Shown here one piece after another: positions 56,795-64,000 of a stretch of 64,000 nt of DNA; the stretch's first letter is position 1, and every line of letters starts with the position of its first letter. The notes under the pieces were generated by a model. That model was given only the letters and a program-made list of their open reading frames with translations, did not search any database and was not told where the DNA came from. This DNA is from a bacterium (GTDB lineage: Bacteria > Zhuqueibacterota > Zhuqueibacteria > Residuimicrobiales > Krinioviventaceae). The position numbers and the translations under genes are program-made. The DNA is taken from contig CAXXFV010000017.1 of NCBI GenBank assembly GCA_963674595.2, positions 32,001-96,000 on the forward strand, written 5' to 3'.

Positions 56795-56916
56795 TTTTAC
56801 AACTGAATAAAATGAGCCTCTTAAAGCGATGACATGGTAATAATTATGCTTTTTAATATTTTAAAAACGACTTTCCTTTTATTCACAATATTGGTTATAG
56901 GGGTGGAGACTACATT

Positions 56917-57339
56917 TTGATTCGTGCGTTTAAACCTTCCGACATGGAGCCGGTTTTGCAAATCTGGCTCGACGCTTCCATACAGGCACATCATTTTATT
57001 CCAAAGCAATTTTGGGAATCCCGGTTGAATGATATGCGCAATATTTATGTACCTTCAGGTGAAACTTATGTTTATCTTGAGGAGGATAATATTCTGGGTT
57101 TTATGTCCCTGATGGAAAATACTCTGGCCGCGCTTTTTGTTGTGCCGGAACAACAGGGCAAAGGCATTGGAAAACAATTAATGGCAAAGGCAAAATTATT
57201 ACGTCAAGATCTGGTGCTCACAGTTTATAAGGAAAATCAGAACAGTATCGAGTTTTATAAAAAATGCGGATTTGTCATTGTCAAAGAACAAATCGACGTT
57301 CATACCGCTCATCCTGAACTGGTTATGCGGTATCCATAA
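56917..57339 (+). CDS. GNAT acetyltransferase (YiaC/YjaB-like)
   Basis: AHHFIP..FW, ALFV.PEQQGKGIG, N..SIEFYKKCGF. Confidence 0.9.
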   Translation: MIRAFKPSDMEPVLQIWLDASIQAHHFIPKQFWESRLNDMRNIYVPSGETYVYLEEDNILGFMSLMENTLAALFVVPEQQGKGIGKQLMAKAKLLRQDLVLTVYKENQNSIEFYKKCGFVIVKEQIDVHTAHPELVMRYP

Positions 57340-57431
57340 TTTGTGAAAAATAAAAATATCTCCCGGCTTGCATTCCTCTTTTAAAATTATTATTATGGAT
57401 AAACAGGTTAAAACTAGAAACAGGACTCGAT

Positions 57432-59090
57432 ATGTTGAATGCATTTTTAGCTTTTTTACCGATTTTGATTTCCGCATTATTATTGGTTGGCCTGAGATGG
57501 CCGGCAAAACTGGCCATGCCGGTTGTGTTTTTTCTTGCTGCTGCCATTGCCATGTTTTTTTGGGATGTGTCTTTTACCGTTCTTGCCGCGTCTTCAATTC
57601 AGGGACTTTTTATCACCTTTAACGTTTTGTATATCATTTTCGGGGCAATTTTACTGTTAAATACGCTCAAACATTCCGGGGCCATTACCGCGATACGATC
57701 CGGATTCGCAAAAATCAGCACGGACCGTCGGGTGCAGGTGATCATTATTGCCTGGCTGTTTGGCTCTTTTATTGAAGGAGCGTCCGGTTTCGGCACACCG
57801 GCTGCTATTGCCGCACCACTGCTGGTTGCTTTAGGATTCCCGGCTGCTGCTGCTGTTATGATCGGTATGATGATTCAAAGTACGGCCGTAACTTTTGGCG
57901 CAGTGGGTACGCCGATTCTCATCGGTGTCCGTGGCGGTCTGGAAAATCCGGAGTTACTGGCTAAACTGGCTGCCTCCGGGCACAATATGGATTGGCTTTT
58001 GGCAAAAGTAGCGGCACTGTCCGCGTTGTTTCATGCGGTTGCCGGTACATTGATCCCGCTATTGATGATTGTAATGATGACCCGTTTTTTCGGTAAAAAT
58101 AAAAGCTGGAGGGAGGGCCTGTCCATTGCTCCCTTTGCCCTGTTCAGTGGTCTGGCGTTTACAATACCCTACATGCTGACCGGCGTTTTTTTAGGACCCG
58201 AGTTTCCTTCGTTATTGGGCGCGCTTGTCGGTTTGGCAATTGTGACCCTGGCAGCTTATAAAAAGTTTCTCATTCCCAAAGACTCATGGGACTTTGCCGA
58301 TGCTGTAGAGTGGCCGCAAGAATGGCTGGGAAACATTGAAATAAAACTGGATTCCATGACCAAACGAAAAATGCCGGTTGCACTGGCCTGGCTGCCCTAT
58401 TTGTTTGTTGCACTGTTCCTGGTTATGACCCGTTTGCCCCAGCTTGGATTGAACCGTTTACTCAAATCTGTTGTTATAAAATGGCCGCACATTTTCGGCA
58501 CATCCATATCCGGTGCCTCGGAACTTTTATATTTGCCCGGCACGGTTTTGCTGGTAACAGTGATCATTACCTTTTTTATTCATCAAATGAAAATAAAAGA
58601 GCTTGGTGCGGCTGTTGGTGAATCCGCAAAGATACTGTTCGGCGCCGGATTCGTGTTGATTTTTACCGTGCCGATGGTGCGTATTTACATCAACTCCGGT
58701 ATGAACCTGTCAAACCTGCCGAGTATGCCCGTGACCATGGCGCAATGGGTGGCCGACACCGTCGGCGGTATCTGGCCGTTTTTTGCACCCTCTATCGGTG
58801 CTCTGGGCGCTTTTATTGCCGGGAGCAATACCGTTAGTAATCTTATGTTCAGCTTGTTTCAATACAGCGTTGCCGAACGGCTTGCCATATCCGGTGTTAC
58901 GGTCGTTTCACTTCAGGCGGTCGGCGCGGCAGCCGGTAATATGATCGCTATTCATAATGTTGTGGCCGCTTCCGCTACTGTGGGATTTCTCGGAAAGGAA
59001 GGATATATTTTACAAAAAACCGTTTTACCTACACTCTATTATGTGGCTCTGGTTGGATTGCTGGGTATGCTGGCTGTCTATCTGTTTTAA
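57432..59090 (+). CDS. lctP: L-lactate permease family transporter
   Basis: [45 protein letters not shown]. Confidence 0.93.
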   Translation: MLNAFLAFLPILISALLLVGLRWPAKLAMPVVFFLAAAIAMFFWDVSFTVLAASSIQGLFITFNVLYIIFGAILLLNTLKHSGAITAIRSGFAKISTDRRVQVIIIAWLFGSFIEGASGFGTPAAIAAPLLVALGFPAAAAVMIGMMIQSTAVTFGAVGTPILIGVRGGLENPELLAKLAASGHNMDWLLAKVAALSALFHAVAGTLIPLLMIVMMTRFFGKNKSWREGLSIAPFALFSGLAFTIPYMLTGVFLGPEFPSLLGALVGLAIVTLAAYKKFLIPKDSWDFADAVEWPQEWLGNIEIKLDSMTKRKMPVALAWLPYLFVALFLVMTRLPQLGLNRLLKSVVIKWPHIFGTSISGASELLYLPGTVLLVTVIITFFIHQMKIKELGAAVGESAKILFGAGFVLIFTVPMVRIYINSGMNLSNLPSMPVTMAQWVADTVGGIWPFFAPSIGALGAFIAGSNTVSNLMFSLFQYSVAERLAISGVTVVSLQAVGAAAGNMIAIHNVVAASATVGFLGKEGYILQKTVLPTLYYVALVGLLGMLAVYLF

Positions 59091-59502
59091 TGTATGCCGT
59101 CCTGATGACATAAAGCAAAAGGTAAGGCTGATTTGAATGAAAATATTACAGACTTTGCCTGAAGCAAATAATAAAAAAGAATCCGATGCTTTTGATAAAA
59201 GGATTTTTGATATTATGTAGTGTATATACAGCTATTTACGATTTAAAAAGACAAGCCGTCGGATTGATTTTCTGATGACACCCGGATGAAAACCAGTCCC
59301 AAGGTACCTTTTGCCGTAATAGTGGTTCCGTTTATCCGATTCATTGAATATTGTTAAAATCCTTGCCTTTAGCAGATTGTTTATGTATTATTTATCTGTT
59401 TTTAATTGAAATTTTTTCTAATTTCCTTATTATATAAAATACTCGACTATTTTAATCCGGTGCAGTCATAATAGATTGCAAATTTTTTTTTCGGAGAATT
59501 TT

Positions 59503-60894
59503 ATGAGCCTTATGATTGAAAATATATTTTTTCATATAAAAAATCTGTTGAAAAATAAAAACTTTCTTTTTGTTATATTTACCCTGGCGGTTTTTATATA
59601 CCTTCATGCCGCAATTATACATTCCATAACCGTAAACACCAGTCCTTTAGAAACAGACCAAAATGCATACATGCACCATGTCAGAACGGTCTATCAAAAT
59701 AATTTCTGGTTTTTGGGCGACAGAGGGCGAATGCCGCTGTACAATTATTTTCAGGTTATTTTTTATCACCCGGAATTGACTGACAATCAATTGTTTTTAC
59801 AAGGAAAATTACTTAATATCTTTTTGTCCATTGGTCTGCTCGGACTTTTATACTGGGTGTTTTTAAAAAATCTGTCAAAATTTTCATCTGTTTTATTGGT
59901 ATTGATTACAGGCTTTACAATTTTTATGAGCAAGGCCCCCTATTTTCAATGTGAAGTATTGTATTTCTTTTTAAGCTTTTTATCGTTTATTTTAATTGCC
60001 AAACTTATTTCCGAACCAAACTGGAAACTTGGAATCGCTGCCGGAGCCATTACCGCCGCGGCCTATTTAACCAAAGCCTCTGTATTGTTGATGGTTTATT
60101 TATTTGTCGGATTTTCAATTGTTCAACTCGTTCTTTTATTACTGAATAAAAAGAACAGTCCTGATCCGGCGCAGAATAAAACACGAATGAAAAAAATATT
60201 TTATAACATGCTTGCTGTTTTTGTCGGTTTTTTGTTTTTTGCATCCCCTTATCTGGCTGAAAATAAACTGGTTTACGGCAAGGTTTTTTATAATGTGAAT
60301 ACTAACTTTTACATGTGGTATGACTCATGGAAACAGGTAAAAGAAGGGACCCGTAAACACGGGGACAGGGTCGGTTGGCCGGATATGCCAAAGGAAGAGA
60401 TCCCCAGCTTGGGAAAATATGTTAAAGAACATTCTCTGCGACAAATGGTGGTCCGTTGGTACTGGGGTTTTAAAGAGATTACACATTTCTCTTTTGACAG
60501 AGATCGTTTTAGCAGTAAAGTCACCAAATACATTTTAATTTATTTTGCCTTTCTTCTTTTCACGGCTATAAAAAATCGTGCGGCTTTTTGGGAGTTTATA
60601 AAAAAGTATGCCTTTACATTACTCCTGGCTGTTACATTTTTGGGACTTTCCTATTCGGCCTATAGTTGGGCGGCTGTTGTCATTCAGGGGCCCAGGTTTA
60701 TTCAGCCTTTTTATTTACCGGTCCTTTTTGGCCTGTTTTGGATGCTGACCCAATTGCCCGCAAATTATTTTCAGATAAATTCAATCAAGTTTAAATACTT
60801 GAATGTATTACATGTTATTGTATTTATTTTATTGATTTTTGATACGTATGATCTGATCCATAATTTTATGTTTTGTAAATACCTTGGACTTTGA
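59503..60894 (+). CDS. GT-C (ArnT/PMT-like) membrane glycosyltransferase-like protein
   Basis: N-terminal TM then DQ..Y, RMPLY, E.LY, YLTK, many TMs. Confidence 0.65.
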   Translation: MSLMIENIFFHIKNLLKNKNFLFVIFTLAVFIYLHAAIIHSITVNTSPLETDQNAYMHHVRTVYQNNFWFLGDRGRMPLYNYFQVIFYHPELTDNQLFLQGKLLNIFLSIGLLGLLYWVFLKNLSKFSSVLLVLITGFTIFMSKAPYFQCEVLYFFLSFLSFILIAKLISEPNWKLGIAAGAITAAAYLTKASVLLMVYLFVGFSIVQLVLLLLNKKNSPDPAQNKTRMKKIFYNMLAVFVGFLFFASPYLAENKLVYGKVFYNVNTNFYMWYDSWKQVKEGTRKHGDRVGWPDMPKEEIPSLGKYVKEHSLRQMVVRWYWGFKEITHFSFDRDRFSSKVTKYILIYFAFLLFTAIKNRAAFWEFIKKYAFTLLLAVTFLGLSYSAYSWAAVVIQGPRFIQPFYLPVLFGLFWMLTQLPANYFQINSIKFKYLNVLHVIVFILLIFDTYDLIHNFMFCKYLGL

Positions 60895-60952
60895 TCCGTT
60901 ACATTTTTCCTTTATTAAAAAATAAACCAGAACTATATGTGAGAACCCTGCC

Positions 60953-62314
60953 ATGCCCCGTTCAAAATTCAAATTTATTCTCTGCTTTTATTTTTTTACG
61001 TTTATTGCTTCAGGCTCTTTTCTTCATGCCCAATCCAATGTTATTGATATTGGTGACAGGCTCGAACTCTTTGTAGATCATTTTTTAATTGATCGTCTTG
61101 ATGGAACGCAGTTAAAGCTTGCTGCACCTGTCCTGGCGCCGCTTTCTGAACACCCAACAGGGTATTTGGCCTATGCAACCGTATTTAAGGACAGCAATGT
61201 TTATCGTATGTATGGCAGAGGTTGTAAAACAGGCGGACCGGATGGTAACAAAAAAGAACTGACCGTTTACTATGAAAGCAAGGATGGTATAAACTGGTAT
61301 TTCCCTGAACTTGCTTTATATCAGACAGATTGGTATGACAGAAAAAATGTTATCCTGGCTCATAATCCTCCGTTCAGTCATAACTTTACACCTTTTATTG
61401 ATAAAAATCCTGACTGCCCTGTCGAACAGAAATACAAGGCATTGGCCGGTGTAGAAAAAAGCGGATTGTATGCATTTGTTTCTGCTGACGGTGTGCACTG
61501 GAAAAAAATGTTTGATAAACCTGTATTGACTGATGGTATGTTTGATTCGCAAAATATCGCATTTTGGTCGGAACATGAAGGTTGTTATGTTTGTTATTTT
61601 CGCACCTGGACAGGAGAGGGGTATGAAGGATTGCGCACTATAAGCCGGTCCACTTCAAAAGATTTTGAAAACTGGACGAAAACCATTGCCATGAATCCAA
61701 ATGATACCAATGAACATTTATATACCAGTGCAATTAATCCCTACTTTCGGGCGCCGCATATTTATATCTCATTGCCGACTCGGTTTTTACCGGACCGTGG
61801 TAATTCAACGGATATTTTGTTTATGTCCAGTCGCGGCGGCAACACCTTTGACAGGACATTTATGGAAGCTTTTATTCGGCCCGGTTTGGACCCCCAAAGA
61901 TGGTTAAACAGGGCAAACTATGCCACGTTAAATGTTGTGCCCACCGGTTATGATGAAATGTCTATATACATGCGTGAAAAACGTTACACGCTCCGAACCG
62001 ATGGATTTGTCTCTGTTAATGCCCCTTATAAAGGCGGTGACATGTTGACAAAACCATTCATATTTAAGGGAGACAGCCTGGTTATCAATTTTGCCACGGC
62101 CGCATCCGGAATGCTCCAGGTAGAAATCCAGGATGAGTTTGGCAATCCTCTTGAGGGTTTCTCTTTATCCGATTGTCCTCCTGTAATTGGTGATGAAATT
62201 GAAAAAACAGTTTGCTGGCAAAATGGCGCTTCTGTCAGCCGTTTGGCCGGAACACCGGTTCGCCTGAGGTTTTATCTACAGGATGCCGATTTATATTCCA
62301 TTCGATTTAAATAA
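60953..62314 (+). CDS. Secreted beta-propeller glycosidase-like protein
   Basis: LELFVDHFLI, ES.DGINW, SADGVHW, FDSQN, LRTDGFVS, LRF.L.DADLYS. Confidence 0.65.
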   Translation: MPRSKFKFILCFYFFTFIASGSFLHAQSNVIDIGDRLELFVDHFLIDRLDGTQLKLAAPVLAPLSEHPTGYLAYATVFKDSNVYRMYGRGCKTGGPDGNKKELTVYYESKDGINWYFPELALYQTDWYDRKNVILAHNPPFSHNFTPFIDKNPDCPVEQKYKALAGVEKSGLYAFVSADGVHWKKMFDKPVLTDGMFDSQNIAFWSEHEGCYVCYFRTWTGEGYEGLRTISRSTSKDFENWTKTIAMNPNDTNEHLYTSAINPYFRAPHIYISLPTRFLPDRGNSTDILFMSSRGGNTFDRTFMEAFIRPGLDPQRWLNRANYATLNVVPTGYDEMSIYMREKRYTLRTDGFVSVNAPYKGGDMLTKPFIFKGDSLVINFATAASGMLQVEIQDEFGNPLEGFSLSDCPPVIGDEIEKTVCWQNGASVSRLAGTPVRLRFYLQDADLYSIRFK

Positions 62315-62349
62315 ATTTCGATATAACTATTCTTTTAATGGAGGAACAC

Positions 62350-64000
62350 GTGCAAAACAGACGTGATTTTTTCAAAATCTGGGGAGCCGGAGCTGTTTCA
62401 TTAATGGCTCTTTCTGATATAAACTATGCTTTGGATAATGAAAATTTAACAGTTGAAACACAACGCAAATTTAAAGGCTTTACAAAAAAGAAAATCTCTG
62501 CGGATGTTTTAGTGGCAGGCGGCGGCATGTCCGGTGTTTGTGCGGCCATTTCAGCCGCCAGAAACGGCGCTTCAGTCATCCTTGTTCAAAATCGTTCACG
62601 ATTGGGCGGCAATGCCAGCAGCGAAATTCGAATGCACGTTGTCGGCGCCAACAGTCCTGAAAAAACCAGGGAGTGGCGTGAAACCGGATTGGTTGAAGAG
62701 TTTAAATTAACCGATTCCGCAACCAATTTGCAGCGCTCTTTTGAAGTATGGGACCTGATGCTCTATGATAAAATTGTGTCTGAAAAAAATATTACCTTAT
62801 TGCTGGACACGGATGTATATGATGTGGATGTTAAAAATTCTGCTATTAATAAAGTTTATGCTCTCAGTTCCTTACTCGAAGAATATTATGAAATAGAAGC
62901 ACAATATTATATCGACTGTACCGGCGATGCTACCGTTGCTGCGGTTGCGGGCGCTGATTATATGCGCGGACGGGAAGGGAAAAATCTCTTTAATGAATCC
63001 CTGGCACCGGACAAAAGCGATTTAAAAACAATGGGAAACTCGATTTTATTTTTCGGTAAAGAATTTAATCAACCCATGCCCTATATAAAACCGGAATGGG
63101 CCCGTACGTTTACAACAAAAGATTTTGTGAACCGTCCCATCAATTCATGGGAGTATGGTTACTGGTGGCTGGAATGGGGCGGTGAACTGGATGCTTTAAA
63201 AGACAACCGGAAAATCCGTCACGAACTGCTGCGGATCCTTTTCGGTGTATGGGATTATATAAAAAACAGCGGCGACCACCCGGAATCTGCAAACTGGGCG
63301 CTGGACTGGGTCGGTATGATTCCCGGAAAACGGGAGAGCCGAAGAGTTATCGGGGACCATATTCTGATTCAATCCGAGGTTGAACACTCGGAAATGTTTC
63401 CGGACAGGGTGTGTTACGGCGGCTGGCCCATGGATGATCATCCTCCGCAGGGCATTGACGGCAAAGACCTGAAACCATGTCAGCAAATTTACCTGGATAA
63501 TCCTTACAGCATTCCGCTGCGTTGTTTATACAGCCGCAATATAAAAATTTAATGATGGCCGGTCGAAATGTCAGCGCTTCTCATGTCGCCTTTTCGTCCA
63601 CCCGTGTTATGGCAACCTGTTCAACCATGGGACAGGCTGTAGGCACAACAGCCGCGTTTTGTATACAACACAAAACAACACCGCGCAAGGTTGTCAATTC
63701 ACCGGAACAAATGAAAAGCTTGCAGCAAATCCTGCTTAAAGATGATCAGGCACTTTTATATATTCAGAATAAAGATAAAAACGACCTGGCTCGTCAGGCA
63801 ACAGTTGCGGCATCTCATGAAACCCCGGACGGCAAGGCCGTTCAGGTAATTGACGGCTGGAACCGAAACATCCCGGACGGAATGACACATCAATGGCAGG
63901 CCGATATGCAGGACGCAGAACCGTGGATTGAGTTAAAATGGGAAAAGCCACAAAAAATCTCAGAGGTTCAAATTACTTTTGACAGCGGCCTGAACAGAAT
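62350..64000 (+). CDS. Tat-exported FAD-dependent oxidoreductase, apparent frameshift near 63545, runs off window
   Basis: RRDFFK Tat motif; VAGGGMSG, LGGNASSE, IDCTGD, GKRESRR, YSIPLRCL; continues as NLMMAGRNVSASHVAFSSTRVM after one missing A. Confidence 0.85.

Noticed and set aside
59100-59345. Two CTGATGA motifs (hammerhead-like core) and a 33-aa minus-strand ORF in a long intergenic region
   Set aside because: I could not build stem II/III pairing around CTGATGA...GAAA. The ORF has no recognisable features.
262-63951. Many short antisense or overlapping ORFs in the six-frame track
   Set aside because: They are shadows of well-supported genes and have no motifs or RBS.

Overview
This is a 64-kb chromosomal window (roughly 40% GC by eye) from an FCB-group-like Gram-negative bacterium. 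The assignment is inferred from LapA/LapB, GWxTD-type and NYPNPFNP/FlgD-Ig C-terminal domains, which fit KSB1/Calditrichota-like lineages. Most of it is envelope, stress and carbohydrate genes, plus a small type II R-M pair, an ECF sigma/anti-sigma locus and a GntR-controlled amino-acid operon. Several genes carry single-base, mostly homopolymer frameshifts typical of long-read assembly. The most striking structure is at 50.6-54.8 kb: two tandem arrays, each of 19 units of 75-76 bp. Every unit is an inverted pair of GTAG-family REP hairpins that show compensatory base changes. The arrays bracket a yefM-yoeB toxin-antitoxin operon plus a membrane-protein gene, and no RAYT/HUH transposase is present in the window. 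Other notable signals are a displaced copy of an SGNH gene 3' end that marks the 24.9-31.1 kb block as a probable insertion, a candidate anti-SD (CCUCC) sRNA at 10.05-10.12 kb, 12-bp-phased GntR operators and two ECF-type promoters. All calls come from reading the sequence only; no searches were run.
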